Source: Candidatus Binatia bacterium
GTDB taxonomy: Bacteria > Desulfobacterota > Binatia > DP-6
Assembly (NCBI GenBank): GCA_036009625.1
Contig: DASYLJ010000096.1
Coordinates: 14,297-78,296 of the forward strand
Length of the DNA: 64,000 nucleotides
Reading direction: 5' to 3'
The position numbers were made by a program, and so were the translations under genes. Numbering within the stretch: the first letter of the stretch is position 1; every line of letters starts with the position of its first letter. A model generated the notes under the pieces. The model was not told the origin of the DNA. It was given only the letters and a program-made list of their open reading frames with translations, and did not search any database. This document shows positions 1 through 10,556 of the stretch, one piece after another.

Positions 1-258
1 GAGCGGATCATGCGCTCGGCACCCTGCCAGTCGCTCACGTCGTCGGCGTTGGCCACCGCCTCGCCACCGGCGGCCTTGATCTCGGCGACGACCTCTTCGG
101 CCGGCGAGCTCGACGCGCCGGTGCCGTCGCGCGATCCGCCCAGGTCGTTCACGACCACCTTCGCGCCGTGGGCTGCCAGCATCAGCGCATGCTCGCGGCC
201 GATGCCACGTCCCGCGCCCGTCACGATCGCCACTCGTCCTTCGCAGAGCTTCGCCATG
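1..258 (-). CDS. SDR family oxidoreductase, 5' portion only (start codon at 258, gene runs off window start)
   Basis: Reverse-strand translation from ATG at 258 gives MAKLCEGRVAIVTGAGRGIGREHALMLAAHGAKVVVNDLGG, a Rossmann TGxxxGxG motif. About 65 percent identical to the N-terminus of the SDR at 30637-31539. Confidence 0.75.
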
Positions 259-346
259 GGAAGTGGCTAGTCGAGGCCGCCGAACGGATCAACCCCGGTG
301 CGTTTTTTCCGCTGGGCCGGGGATTTCGTCGTGATATGCCGGGCGC

Positions 347-2347
347 ATGAGGACCTCCGCTGCCTGGCTCCTCGCCGCCGCCGTCGCGCTGCCGGCCGTC
401 GCCTCGGCCCAGTGCACGACGACCCGCGACGCCGACGACACGCGCAAGACCATCCGCAAGAACGCCGCCTGCAACGACAAGGTCTTGCAGGGCGGCACCT
501 GCGGGAAGCCGGTTCCGCCTGCCCCGGTTTGCGCGGGAACCCTCGCCGTCGACGCCCTGGCTCTCGGCTACGGGCCGAACGACCCTGCGACGGCCGCCGC
601 CGACGGCAGCGCGCTCGCCACGCAGCGCCGGTGCCAGAAGATGATCGGCAAGGGCATCGCCGACTACACGAAGAAGCTGCGCCTCCTCATCAAGGGCAAG
701 ACCGAAGCGCAGGCGGAGGCCGCGGCACGCCGCAGCCTCGACCGCATCCCGTCGCGATGCGACGTCACCGTCGCACAGCACGCGAGCGGCATCGTCCTGC
801 CGGCCGTTGGACCCCAGTGCGCCGCGGCCATCGGGGTACCGGGGCAACCCGTCGACGGGGTGGCGTTGCGCGACTGCCTGCTCGCACTGACGCGCACCTG
901 GGTCGGCCGCGTGGTGCCGAACCCGCAGCCGCTGCGGCCGAACGTGGTCTTCTTCCTCACCGACGATCAGCGCTGGGACACCACCGACGGCACGCACTCG
1001 CCCGACGGCGCGCCCATCATGCCCGGCGTGCGCCGCGAGCTGGCCGCCGCCGGCGTCGAGTTCGACAACGCCTTCATGACCACGCCGCTCTGCTGCCCGA
1101 GCCGCGCCAGCATCCTCACCGCCAGCTACGCGCATCGCACCGGCGTGTACTCCAACGGCGGCATGAACGGCGGCGCCGACGACTTCGTCGACGTCTCCAC
1201 CGTGGCGACGTGGCTCAGCGACGCCGGCTACCGCACCATCTTCCTCGGCAAGTACATGAACGGCTACCCGAATCTCTGGGATCCGCCGGCACCGTTCTAC
1301 GTACCGCCGGGCTGGAGCGAGTGGGCGGCGTTCAAGCAGCCGCACTACTTCGACTACGTCATCACCCGCAACGGCGTCGGCTTCGACCACGTCGAGGTGC
1401 CGTACGGCGCGACCGACGCCGAGTACTCCACCGACGTCCTGCGCGAGCTGGCGAAGGAATTCATCGCGAGCTCCACGGCACTCGGGCAGCCGTTCTACAT
1501 GCAGGTCAACTTCAAGGCGCCGCACGGCCCGTGGGAGCCGGCACCGCGTCACGTCGACAAGTTCGCCGGCATCCCGGCGTGGCGGCCGCCGAGCTACAAC
1601 GAGGTCGACGTCACCGACAAGCCCGCCTGGGTGCAGAACACGCCGCCGCTCGATCTGCAGGAGCAGGCCGACCTCGACCTGATCCGGCAGCGCCAGCTCG
1701 AGATGCTGCAGGGCGTGGACGAGGCCATCGGCGGCAGCACCACCTACGGCATCACCGGCATCATGCAGGCGCTGCGCGACGCCGGCATCGCCGAGAACAC
1801 GATCGTCGTCTACTTCGCCGACAACGGCTGGCAGTGGGGCGAGCACCGGCATCAGGCGAAGAACAAGCCGTACGAGGAATCGATCCGCGCGCCGATGTTC
1901 GTCTACTACCCGGCGCTGACGCCGCTCCCACGGATCGAGTCGCGCATGGCGCTCAACATCGACATCGCTGCGACCGTCGCCGAGCTCGCGGGTGTCGGCA
2001 TTCCGATCGCGCACGACGGCGAGAGCCTGGTGCGCGTCCTCGACGGCACGGCACCGACCTGGCGCACCGACTTCATGACCGAGGGCTGGCCGGGCAACCA
2101 CGTCTGGGCGACGGTGCGCGAAGGACAGTGGAAGTACACCGAGCTGCCGGTCATGCCGGGCGATCCGAACACCACCTTCGAGCTCGAGCTCTACGACGTG
2201 CTGAACGACCCCTACGAGCTGGCGAACCAGGCCAGCGATCCGGGCCAGGCCGTGCGCATCGCCACGATGGCCGGACGCCTCCGCCAGCTCCGACCGAACT
2301 GGCCGCTCGACTCCGACTCGACCGTGGAGCTGCCCGAAGACGACTGA
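347..2347 (+). CDS. Secreted sulfatase (formylglycine-dependent type) with a Cys-rich N-terminal extension of about 190 aa
   Basis: Signal peptide MRTSAAWLLAAAVALPAVASA. Sulfatase signature LCCPSRASILTASY (C-x-P-x-R). FFLTDDQRWD metal-binding start. 666 aa. Confidence 0.9.
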   Translation: MRTSAAWLLAAAVALPAVASAQCTTTRDADDTRKTIRKNAACNDKVLQGGTCGKPVPPAPVCAGTLAVDALALGYGPNDPATAAADGSALATQRRCQKMIGKGIADYTKKLRLLIKGKTEAQAEAAARRSLDRIPSRCDVTVAQHASGIVLPAVGPQCAAAIGVPGQPVDGVALRDCLLALTRTWVGRVVPNPQPLRPNVVFFLTDDQRWDTTDGTHSPDGAPIMPGVRRELAAAGVEFDNAFMTTPLCCPSRASILTASYAHRTGVYSNGGMNGGADDFVDVSTVATWLSDAGYRTIFLGKYMNGYPNLWDPPAPFYVPPGWSEWAAFKQPHYFDYVITRNGVGFDHVEVPYGATDAEYSTDVLRELAKEFIASSTALGQPFYMQVNFKAPHGPWEPAPRHVDKFAGIPAWRPPSYNEVDVTDKPAWVQNTPPLDLQEQADLDLIRQRQLEMLQGVDEAIGGSTTYGITGIMQALRDAGIAENTIVVYFADNGWQWGEHRHQAKNKPYEESIRAPMFVYYPALTPLPRIESRMALNIDIAATVAELAGVGIPIAHDGESLVRVLDGTAPTWRTDFMTEGWPGNHVWATVREGQWKYTELPVMPGDPNTTFELELYDVLNDPYELANQASDPGQAVRIATMAGRLRQLRPNWPLDSDSTVELPEDD

Positions 2348-2385
2348 CCTTGCATCCGGCCCGGCGGGTCGGGCGTAGGTGGCGC

Positions 2386-3459
2386 ATGGATGCCAACGCC
2401 ATCCCCGATCCCGCCCGCGCCGAGGCCTTCGCCGGCCGCCTGGCCGGCATGTTCAACGACGCCGCCGTCACGCTGATGGTCTCCATCGGCCACCGAACCG
2501 GCCTCTTCGACGCCATGGCCGGCGCCGGACCGATCACCAGCGGCCAGCTCGCCGAGGCTGCGGGCCTGCAGCAGCGCTACGTCCGCGAATGGCTCGGTGC
2601 CATGCTGACCGGGCGCATCGTCGAGCACGATCCGCAGCGCGGAACATACCGTCTGCCGCCCGAGCACGCCGCCTCGCTGACGCGCGCCGCATCGCCCGCG
2701 AACATGGCGGTCACGGCGCAGTTCATCCCGATGCTGGGCTCCGTCGAGGATCGGATCGTCGCCTGCTTCCGTCACGGCGGCGGCGTGCCCTACGCCGCCT
2801 ATCCCCGCTTCCACGAGGTCATGGCGGAGGAGAGCGCGCAGACAGTGCTGTCGGCATTGATCGACCACATGCTGCCGCTCGTCCCCGGCGTGATGGAGCG
2901 ACTGCGCGCCGGCAGCGACGTCATCGACGTCGGCTGCGGCAGCGGGCACGCGATCCTGCTCATGGCGCAGACATTCCCGCGCAGCCGCTTCGTCGGCGCC
3001 GACGTCTCGGCCGAGACCATCGCCCGTGCCAACGCCGACGCCGTCCGCCTCGGGCTCGGCAACGCGCGCTTCATCGCGGCCGACGCGGCCCGCCTGGACG
3101 TCGAGGGGACCTACGACCTGGTGACGACGTTCGACGCCATCCACGACCAGGCCGATCCGCAGACGGTGCTCGCCAACATCCGTCGCGCGCTGCGGCCGGA
3201 CGGCGCCTACCTCATGCAGGACATCGGCGCCTCGAGCCATCAGCATGAGAACCTCGACCATCCGATGGGACCGTTCCTCTGTACGATCTCGTGCCTGCAC
3301 TGCATGACGGTCTCGCTGTCGGCCGACGGCGCGGGCCTGGGTGCGATGTGGGGCGACCAGCTCGCACGCGCCATGCTCGCGGATGCCGGCTTCGGCGACG
3401 TCGTGATGCACCGCCTGCCGCACGACCCCATGAACTACTACTACGTCGCGCGCCCATGA
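2386..3459 (+). CDS. Class I SAM-dependent methyltransferase with N-terminal winged-helix-like region
   Basis: ATG at 2386 in frame with the long ORF. Motif VIDVGCGSGHAILLMA (SAM-binding motif I). 357 aa. Stop overlaps next start (ATGA). Confidence 0.85.
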   Translation: MDANAIPDPARAEAFAGRLAGMFNDAAVTLMVSIGHRTGLFDAMAGAGPITSGQLAEAAGLQQRYVREWLGAMLTGRIVEHDPQRGTYRLPPEHAASLTRAASPANMAVTAQFIPMLGSVEDRIVACFRHGGGVPYAAYPRFHEVMAEESAQTVLSALIDHMLPLVPGVMERLRAGSDVIDVGCGSGHAILLMAQTFPRSRFVGADVSAETIARANADAVRLGLGNARFIAADAARLDVEGTYDLVTTFDAIHDQADPQTVLANIRRALRPDGAYLMQDIGASSHQHENLDHPMGPFLCTISCLHCMTVSLSADGAGLGAMWGDQLARAMLADAGFGDVVMHRLPHDPMNYYYVARP

Positions 3460-4148
3460 CGGCCGCGCCGGCGTTGTCCGCGCCCGCTGGGTGTGGTTCA
3501 CCATCGCCGGTGCTCTCCGCGATCGGTGCCGTCCTGCTCCTGCTCGCCGCCACGCCGGTGGCGTGGGCGGGTGCGACCGTCGAGGGCACGGTCACGTTGC
3601 CGGCCGCACGAACGGGCACCGACGTGGCACCACGGTATGCGGGAGGCGCGGCATACTCGGCCGGCGCACCGGAGCCACCGGCCGCGGTCGTCTACCTCGA
3701 CGCGCCGATGCCCACGGCCACCCCGCCGCAGGCGACGCTGGCGCAGCACCACTACCAGTTCGCGCCGGGCCTGCTGGCGGTGGCGCGCGGCACGACCGTC
3801 GAGTTCCCGAACCTCGATGACGAGTACCACAGCGTCTTCTCGTACTCGAAGGCGAAACGCTTCGACCTCGGCCGCTATCAGCGTGACGAGAAGCCCGCCG
3901 CCCTCACCTTCGACGAGACCGGCGTGGTGAAGCTCTACTGCGAGATCCACGATCACATGCGCGGCACCATCCTCGTCCTCGACACGCCGCTGTTCGTGAA
4001 GACCGAGGCCGACGGGCGCTACCGTCTGACCAACCTGCCCGCCGGCCGTCACGTCCTGCACGCATGGATCGAGGACGGCGTCGTGCGCGAGCAATCCGTC
4101 GAGCTGCGCGACGGCGAAACCACACGGGTGGACTTCCCGGCACCGTGA
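3456..4148 (+). CDS. Cupredoxin-like domain protein (secreted)
   Basis: ATG at 3456 overlapping upstream stop. Signal-like N-terminus. C-terminal YCEIHDHMRG resembles a cupredoxin Cys-His-Met copper-ligand spacing. 230 aa. Confidence 0.6.
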   Translation: MTAAPALSAPAGCGSPSPVLSAIGAVLLLLAATPVAWAGATVEGTVTLPAARTGTDVAPRYAGGAAYSAGAPEPPAAVVYLDAPMPTATPPQATLAQHHYQFAPGLLAVARGTTVEFPNLDDEYHSVFSYSKAKRFDLGRYQRDEKPAALTFDETGVVKLYCEIHDHMRGTILVLDTPLFVKTEADGRYRLTNLPAGRHVLHAWIEDGVVREQSVELRDGETTRVDFPAP

Positions 4149-4152
4149 CCGC

Positions 4153-5865
4153 ATGACGCTCGGCTTCCGCCTGAAGATCCTGCTCGCCCTCATGCTGGTG
4201 GTGGCCGGGGTGACGGGCGGCGCGTTGCTGGTGACCCAGGCGAGCGTTGCCGCCACCTATCGCGCCCTCGTCGACGCGCGCCTCGACGGCGAAGCCGACG
4301 CCCTCGCCGCCCTGCAGGAGACGCGGCTCGCCGCCGTCAAGGCGAAGTGTCGCGATCTCGCCGGTTCGGTGCGCCTCGTCGCCGCCATGGAGGAGCACGA
4401 CGACGCCCTGCTCTACCGCATCGCGCTCGACGAGCTCCGCGACGTGCTCGGCCCCGAGGCCGCATCGGGGGGACGTCCGGCCGCCACGTTCTTCCGGCTG
4501 ATCGACGGCACCGGCCGCGTGCTGCCCACCACCGACGCGCGCGCCGGGCTCGTCGGCGGTGACGGCGGCGCCTGGGAGGAGCCGCTCGCCCGAGCGGCGC
4601 AGGGACTCGCGACGCAGGAGGTCGGCTACCTGGCGCCGCGGGTCGACGGCCGGGTCGCCTTCGTCGAGGTGATCCTGACGCCCATCCTCGATCGTGCCAC
4701 CGAGACCGTCGTCGGCGCCCTGGCGATCGGGTTCCCCGTCGGCGACGGCGGAGCACCACGCGCCGGCATCCGCGGCGGGCTCTGGGTGGACGGTCACCTG
4801 CAGATATCATCCATCCCGGCAGCGCTGGTCCCCGAGCTGTCGGCGATCGTCGTCCGCCAGGCCGATGGCGCGCCGGCGCTCGATCAGGTCGTCGACGTCG
4901 ATGGCGAGCCCTATCGCGTGCACGTGCGGCCCATGCGCACCGCGGCGCATCTGCCGCCGACCTTCCACGTCGGGCTGCATTCCGTCGCCGATGCCGTCGC
5001 CGCCGAGCACCGATTGCGGCTGCGTATTCTCGGCTTCGCCGCCCTGGCGCTCCTCGTCGCCTTCGGTCTCAGCGGACGCATCGCGCGCGGGCTCAGCGAA
5101 CCGGTGGAGGAGCTGGTCGCGGCGACGGCGCAGATCCAACGTGGCAACCTCGACGTGCGTGTTCCCACCCGTGGCCAGGACGAGCTCGGCCGGCTCGGCA
5201 CCGCGTTCAACGGCATGGCTGCCGACCTGGCACTGAAGGAACGCTACCGCAGCGTGCTCGATCTGGTCGCCGACCCGTCGGTGGCCGAGCAGCTGCTGCG
5301 CGGCGAGGTGACGCTCGGCGGCGAGCTGCGCGACGCCACCGTCCTCTTCGCCGACATCTGCGGCTTCACCGCGATGAGCGAGCACATGGCGCCGGCGGAG
5401 GTGATCGCGTTGCTGAACGAGCACATGACCGTGCTGACGCGGGTGGTGCACGACCACGGCGGCATCATCGACAAGTTCGTCGGCGACGCGATCATGGCCA
5501 TCTTCGGCGTCCCGCGCGGCGGCACCGACGATGCGTCACGCGCCGTCGCCGCCGCGCGCGCCATGCTGGCCGAGCGCGACGCGCTCAACGCACGCACACG
5601 GCGTCACATCACCATGAGCATCGGCATCGCCTCGGGCGCGATGGTGGCCGGCTGCATGGGATCGACGGACCGTCTCAACTACACGGTGCTGGGTGCGCGC
5701 GTGAACCTCGCCGCGCGGCTGTGCAGCGAGGCGTCGCCGATGACGATCCTGGTCGACGATGCCACCCGCCAGGCGCTGGGCGACACCGCGCGCGCGGAGC
5801 GTCTGCCCGCCCTGCAGCTCCGCGGCTTCAGCACGGCGGTGGACGCGTGGCACGTGGAGCGGTGA
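4153..5865 (+). CDS. Membrane-anchored adenylate/guanylate cyclase with HAMP domain
   Basis: N-terminal TM helix, second TM helix plus HAMP-like linker, then class III cyclase core FADICGFTAMSE...FVGDAIMAIFG...ARVNLAARL. 570 aa. Confidence 0.9.
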   Translation: MTLGFRLKILLALMLVVAGVTGGALLVTQASVAATYRALVDARLDGEADALAALQETRLAAVKAKCRDLAGSVRLVAAMEEHDDALLYRIALDELRDVLGPEAASGGRPAATFFRLIDGTGRVLPTTDARAGLVGGDGGAWEEPLARAAQGLATQEVGYLAPRVDGRVAFVEVILTPILDRATETVVGALAIGFPVGDGGAPRAGIRGGLWVDGHLQISSIPAALVPELSAIVVRQADGAPALDQVVDVDGEPYRVHVRPMRTAAHLPPTFHVGLHSVADAVAAEHRLRLRILGFAALALLVAFGLSGRIARGLSEPVEELVAATAQIQRGNLDVRVPTRGQDELGRLGTAFNGMAADLALKERYRSVLDLVADPSVAEQLLRGEVTLGGELRDATVLFADICGFTAMSEHMAPAEVIALLNEHMTVLTRVVHDHGGIIDKFVGDAIMAIFGVPRGGTDDASRAVAAARAMLAERDALNARTRRHITMSIGIASGAMVAGCMGSTDRLNYTVLGARVNLAARLCSEASPMTILVDDATRQALGDTARAERLPALQLRGFSTAVDAWHVER

Positions 5866-7049
5866 TGCGCGTCGCGATCCTGCTCCTGCTGGTGGTGGCG
5901 TCGACTGCCCCCGCACAGACGGCGTGGCTCGACCGCGTCGACGACGCCCTGTCGTGGCGATCGCCGGGCGGGCTCGTGCGGGCCCGGATGAGCGGTCTCG
6001 CCGACCTGGAGGGCTGGTACGTCGACCAGCGTCCGCCCGGCCTGGTGTTCGGCGACGACCAGTCGTTCGTGAACCCGCGTCTCACGGTGTTCCTCGACGC
6101 CTGGGTCGGGGACCAGCTCTACGCGTTCGTGCAGACCCGCGTCGACCGCGGCTTCGACCCACGCGAGGCCGCCGGCGCGGATGCGCGCGTCGACGAGTAT
6201 CTGCTGCGCTGGTCGCCGCTCGCCGATCCGCGCCTCAACGTGCAGGTCGGCAAGTTCGCCACCGTCGTCGGCAACTGGGTGCCGCGCCATCACTCGTGGG
6301 AGAACCCGTTCGTCACCGCCCCGCTGCCGTACGAGGATGTCACCACGATCACCGACGGGGCGGTGCCGGCGTCATCGAACGCCTTCCTCGCGCGTCGCAC
6401 GATCGCGGACAGGAAGCACGACTGGGTGCCGATCATCTGGGGTCCGAGCTATGCCAGCGGCGCCGCGGTGTTCGGCCGCCTCGGTCGCTTCGACTACGCC
6501 GCCGAGGTGAAGAACGCGGCGCCGTCGTCGCGCCCGCAGGAGTGGGACCTGTCGGAGCGCAGCCTCACCGAGCCGACCGCGAACGTTCGGCTCGGCGTCC
6601 GTCCGAGCACGCCGTGGGCGCTCGGCGCGTCGTTCAGCTCCGGACCGTACCTGCGCCACGGCGTCGGCCGCTCGTCACATCAGACGCTGGTGGGCACCGA
6701 CGCGAGCTTCTCGTGGCGGAAGCTCGAGGTCTGGGGCGAGCTGTTCGCGAACCGCTTCGAGGTTCCGCTCGGGACACGCACCAAGGATGCGGACACGCTC
6801 GCGTACTATCTGGAAGCACGCTATCGGCACGGGCCGAACCTCTTCACCGGCGTGCGGTGGAACCAGCAGCTCTACGGCGACGTCGACGACGTGACGTGGG
6901 ACCGCGATGCGTGGCGCGTCGATACCGTGGTCGGCTGGAGATTCGACCGACACTGGCAGGTGAAGCTGCAGTACGCGTTCACGAAGCAGGTCGGGCCGCT
7001 GCAGCAGGGGCAGCAGTTGGTCGTCGGTCAGGTCACCCTGCGTTTTTAG
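5865..7049 (+). CDS. Putative outer-membrane beta-barrel protein
   Basis: ATG overlaps previous stop (TGATG). Signal peptide MRVAILLLLVVASTAPAQT. Alternating hydrophobic pattern and C-terminal ...VTLRF ending in Phe, typical of outer-membrane beta-barrels. Confidence 0.6.
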   Translation: MRVAILLLLVVASTAPAQTAWLDRVDDALSWRSPGGLVRARMSGLADLEGWYVDQRPPGLVFGDDQSFVNPRLTVFLDAWVGDQLYAFVQTRVDRGFDPREAAGADARVDEYLLRWSPLADPRLNVQVGKFATVVGNWVPRHHSWENPFVTAPLPYEDVTTITDGAVPASSNAFLARRTIADRKHDWVPIIWGPSYASGAAVFGRLGRFDYAAEVKNAAPSSRPQEWDLSERSLTEPTANVRLGVRPSTPWALGASFSSGPYLRHGVGRSSHQTLVGTDASFSWRKLEVWGELFANRFEVPLGTRTKDADTLAYYLEARYRHGPNLFTGVRWNQQLYGDVDDVTWDRDAWRVDTVVGWRFDRHWQVKLQYAFTKQVGPLQQGQQLVVGQVTLRF

Positions 7050-7206
7050 GTGCTCGCGGGGCGCGGAGGGTGGGCGGCGCACGGGGGCCGTCGTCCGCGC
7101 GGCGTTCGCTCGACACCACGCCGCCCCTTTTCCCCACCCGCTCACTCTCGACGCGCTCCTTGACGGCCCCCCTGCGCGCTCTCCTCCCACCGCGCCCCGC
7201 TCGTTG

Positions 7207-8262
7207 CTAGTTTTTCTTCTCTGCGAACGGGGCTGCGTACTGGCCGTAGCCTTCGGCTTCCAGCTTTTCTTTGGGGATGAAGCGTAGGGAGGCGCTGTTG
7301 ATGCAGTAGCGTTGGTTGGTGGGGGCGGGGCCGTCGGGGAAGACGTGGCCGAGGTGGCTGTCGGCGGACGAGCTTCGTACCTCCGTGCGGACGCTGAAGA
7401 GGCTCACGTCCTGCTTCTCGACAACGCGCTTGGGGTCGATCGGGCGTGTGAAGCTGGGCCAGCCGGTGCCGCTGTCGAACTTGTCGCGGGAGCTGAAGAG
7501 GGGCTCGCCGCTGACCACGTCGACGTAGATGCCGTCGGCGTGGTTGTCCCAGAACTCGTTGTGGAATGGCGCCTCGGTGCTGGCGTGCTGCGTGACGTCG
7601 TACTGCAGGGGCGAGAGCGAGCTCTTGAGCTCCGCATCGGGTGGCTTCTTCCACGACGACGTCGGACCGGGCGTCGCCGGCTCCGCACCCCACGTACGAT
7701 TCAGCATCTGATCGCGGCCGGAGCCGCTCCGGTAGCCCTGGTACTGCGCCGGCTTCTTCTTGTGGAAGTCCTGGTGGTAGTCCTCGGCCGGCCAGAAGCG
7801 CTCGAAGGTCACGATCTCGGTGACGATCGGCTTCTGGTCGAAGCGACGGCTGGCGGCGAGCGCCGCCTTCGACGCCTCGGCGGCCTTCCGCTGCGCGTCG
7901 TCGTGCACGAAGATCGCCGCACGGTACTGCGTGCCGCGGTCGACGAACTGCCCGTCGGGGTCGGTGGGGTCGATCTGCCGCCAGAACACCTCGAGCAGCT
8001 TCTCGTAGCTGACCTTGGCGGGATCGTAGGTGACCTGCACCGCCTCGGCGTGGCCGGTAGTGCCCGTCGACACCTCCTCGTAGGTGGGGTTCTGGGTCTT
8101 GCCGCCGGTGTACCCGGCGACGACGTCGCTGACGCCGGCGACCTTCTCGAACGGCGCCTCCATGCACCAGAAACAGCCACCCGCGAAGGTGGCGAGCTCG
8201 GCGCGAGCGGTGCCGGCGACGGTGAGGATCAGGGCAAGGACGAGTGCGTACATCGTCGTCAT
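7207..8262 (-). CDS. msrAB: Bifunctional peptide methionine sulfoxide reductase MsrA-MsrB fusion, secreted
   Basis: Internal start [21 protein letters not shown] (signal). MsrA active site GCFWCME. MsrB region with CINSASLRF. 351 aa. Confidence 0.9.
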   Translation of the reverse strand: MTTMYALVLALILTVAGTARAELATFAGGCFWCMEAPFEKVAGVSDVVAGYTGGKTQNPTYEEVSTGTTGHAEAVQVTYDPAKVSYEKLLEVFWRQIDPTDPDGQFVDRGTQYRAAIFVHDDAQRKAAEASKAALAASRRFDQKPIVTEIVTFERFWPAEDYHQDFHKKKPAQYQGYRSGSGRDQMLNRTWGAEPATPGPTSSWKKPPDAELKSSLSPLQYDVTQHASTEAPFHNEFWDNHADGIYVDVVSGEPLFSSRDKFDSGTGWPSFTRPIDPKRVVEKQDVSLFSVRTEVRSSSADSHLGHVFPDGPAPTNQRYCINSASLRFIPKEKLEAEGYGQYAAPFAEKKN

Positions 8263-9614
8263 TCGATGCGCGCCGGGCCGATTCGATTCAACCGACCGGT
8301 GTACCGGCTCATGAGGGGGGTCACCGACACCCCATGCACCACGATCGACGTCGCCACGATCACGAGCGTGACGCCGGCGAGCCGCTCGGCCAGCGACGGG
8401 TCGATGCCCTGCTCGATGGCCCACGCCAGGTAGTAGATCGATCCGATGCCGCGAATGCCGAACCAGGCCATGTAGCCACCTTGATGGCGCGTCGCGATGC
8501 TGCCTGCGAGCCCGATCGCGACGGACACGGGTCGCACCACCAGCAGCAGCGCCGCCATGAGCGCGAGACCGCCCGGTGTGACCATCCACGCCGCCAGCAT
8601 GCCCCCGACCACGAGCACGATCGCCACCTCGCCGATGCGTTCGACGTGCTCGTTGAAGTCGAGGACGGCCCGCGCCATGTAGGCCGGCGCCTGCGTGGGA
8701 TCGACCGCCACCTCCTCGTCGGCCGCACCATCCGCGACCGCCTCCACCTCACGTGCCGGGCGTCCATCGCTGGCCTCGGCCTCGATCCCACGCAGGGCGA
8801 CGCCGGCGGCGAACACCGCCAGGAAGCCGTAGGTGTGGGCGAGCAGCGCCACGCCATACGACACCCCGATCAGTCCGAGGGCCACGAAGTCGTCGAACCC
8901 GAGCGCCTCTCGATGCTCGCGGCGGAGGAACAGGACGACGCGCGCGACGACGGTTCCGCAGGCGGTCCCGATGGCGAGCCCACCCACGACGGCCCACCCG
9001 ACGTCGACGACGAGCCACCGCCATCCGAAGGCGCCGAGGTCGTGCAGGCCGAGCAGCCCGAGGCCGAGCAGCGCGAACGGGAACGCCGCGCCGTCGTTCA
9101 GGCCCGCTTCACCCGTCAGCCCGAAGCGCAGCAGGTCGTGGTCGTCCGGATCCTCCACCTGGACGTCGCTCGCCAGCACCGGATCCGTCGGCGCGAGGAT
9201 CGCGCCCAGGAGCACCGCGGCGCCGAGCGGCAGCCCGAGCAGGATGACCCCCATGGCGGCCACCAGGACCACGGTGATCACCATCGAGATCGAGGCGAGC
9301 CGCATCGGCAACCACCAGCGCACGTCGCTCGGCGGGAGGCGCAGCTTGAGGCCCGCCGTGAACAGCGAGACGATCACCGCCGCCTCGGCCAGCCGATGGA
9401 CGACGGGCGCGCCCGCCACCGGGTCGAGCCGCACCAGGCCGAACCCCTCGGCCCCGATCACCACCCCGAGCGCCAGATAGATCAGCGACGTGCTCATCGG
9501 CAGCCGTCGGACCCGGGTCCCGGCCAGGGCGATCGCGATCAGGAGGCCGCCGACCGCGAGATACCAGAAGGCGAAATTCACCCAGCGGACGATAGCCGCT
9601 GGGCGGATTCGCAA
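8259..9614 (-). CDS. Na+/H+ (cation:proton) antiporter, CPA1/NhaP-like
   Basis: About 12 predicted TM helices. Conserved ILAPTDPV and GEAGLNDG motifs of Na_H_Exchanger family. TTG start in track; stop overlaps msrAB start (ATGA). Confidence 0.85.
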   Translation of the reverse strand: MRIRPAAIVRWVNFAFWYLAVGGLLIAIALAGTRVRRLPMSTSLIYLALGVVIGAEGFGLVRLDPVAGAPVVHRLAEAAVIVSLFTAGLKLRLPPSDVRWWLPMRLASISMVITVVLVAAMGVILLGLPLGAAVLLGAILAPTDPVLASDVQVEDPDDHDLLRFGLTGEAGLNDGAAFPFALLGLGLLGLHDLGAFGWRWLVVDVGWAVVGGLAIGTACGTVVARVVLFLRREHREALGFDDFVALGLIGVSYGVALLAHTYGFLAVFAAGVALRGIEAEASDGRPAREVEAVADGAADEEVAVDPTQAPAYMARAVLDFNEHVERIGEVAIVLVVGGMLAAWMVTPGGLALMAALLLVVRPVSVAIGLAGSIATRHQGGYMAWFGIRGIGSIYYLAWAIEQGIDPSLAERLAGVTLVIVATSIVVHGVSVTPLMSRYTGRLNRIGPARIE

Positions 9615-9617
9615 TAG

Positions 9618-9917
9618 TCAGACCGTGAAGTTCCAGGCCTTCTTGAACTCGACCCGCGGCGCCAGGAACGAGTCCACGAAGCGCCGGTGGTCGGGATCGG
9701 CCCGGTAGCGGGCGACGTCGGCCAGCACGGCGAAGCGCACCATGATGCTCAGGTCCCACCCCGCGGCGCTCTCGTCGTCGGCGGGGATTCCCACGACGAC
9801 GGCCTGCACCCCGGGGAGGCCCGGCAGCACGGCCCGGCAGCGTGCGGCCACCTCGGAGCGACCGTCGGGCGTGGCGAATTCTGGCTTCAGCTTCAGGAAG
9901 TGGTAGCGCTCGATCAT
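9618..9917 (-). CDS. Dabb (stress-responsive alpha/beta-barrel) family protein
   Basis: About 99 aa C-terminal part of the track ORF starting MIERYHFLKLKPE; size and pattern typical of Dabb domain. 3 nt upstream of antiporter start. Confidence 0.65.
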   Translation of the reverse strand: MIERYHFLKLKPEFATPDGRSEVAARCRAVLPGLPGVQAVVVGIPADDESAAGWDLSIMVRFAVLADVARYRADPDHRRFVDSFLAPRVEFKKAWNFTV

Positions 9918-10010
9918 GGTCGCTCCGGCCGGGGTGCTTAGCACCATGGCATTCGCCGTGGCAAAGGTGGTCGCTCGAAGACCCCCGGGCCTGCTAAAGT
10001 CGTCCACTTC

Positions 10011-10514
10011 GTGCCATCCGCCATGACTTCCCCCCGAGCCACCAAGCTGCTGCAACGTCGTGGCGTACAGCAGCTGATCAAGTTCTGCCTGGTCGGCGCC
10101 ACCAGCACGTTCATCGACAAGCGCACGCTGTGGTTCCTCCTGAACGACGGCCTGCCGCGTGCCCCATGGTGGGTGAGCGCCACGATCTCGTTCTGTCTCG
10201 CGGTCACCAACGGCTTCATCTGGAACAGCCGCTGGACCTTCCAGAGCCGCAACACGTCGCGCAGCACGCGCAAACAGTACGGCATGTTCTTCACCACGAA
10301 CGTCGTCGGCCTGCTGCTGAACCTCGGCCTGACCAACCTGATCCTCGTCATGTTCGCCGACCACCTGCCGTACATCGGCGGCAACCCGCATGCGAGTGAC
10401 GTGCTGGTCGCCTCGCTCAGCGCCGTTCCCATCGTCGTCCTGTGGAACTTCGCGGCCAGCAAGTACTGGACGTTCCGCATCCCGGCCGACGGCGGCGCCC
10501 CCGCGACGCAGTAG
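10011..10514 (+). CDS. GtrA family membrane protein (polysaccharide synthesis/translocation)
   Basis: KFCLVGATSTFID...WNFAASKYWTFR, the classic GtrA N- and C-terminal motifs. 4 TM. GTG at 10011 or ATG at 10023. Confidence 0.8.
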   Translation: MPSAMTSPRATKLLQRRGVQQLIKFCLVGATSTFIDKRTLWFLLNDGLPRAPWWVSATISFCLAVTNGFIWNSRWTFQSRNTSRSTRKQYGMFFTTNVVGLLLNLGLTNLILVMFADHLPYIGGNPHASDVLVASLSAVPIVVLWNFAASKYWTFRIPADGGAPATQ

Positions 10515-10556
10515 AGGGCTTCACGCCGTCGCCCGGTCGGCTAGGATCCACCCCAC

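Noticed and set aside
221-3504. Long minus-strand ORFs (221-2101, 2212-3504) and the N-terminal 700 aa of the 298-3459 plus ORF
   Set aside because: Arg/Ala/Gly-dominated low-complexity translations lying antisense or out of frame to the well-supported sulfatase and methyltransferase genes. These are the expected artefacts of 70 percent GC DNA.
7142-9617. ORFs 7142-8167(-), 7312-8433(+), 8244-9617(+)
   Set aside because: Overlap the msrAB and antiporter genes in other frames with Arg/His/Asp-rich junk translations.
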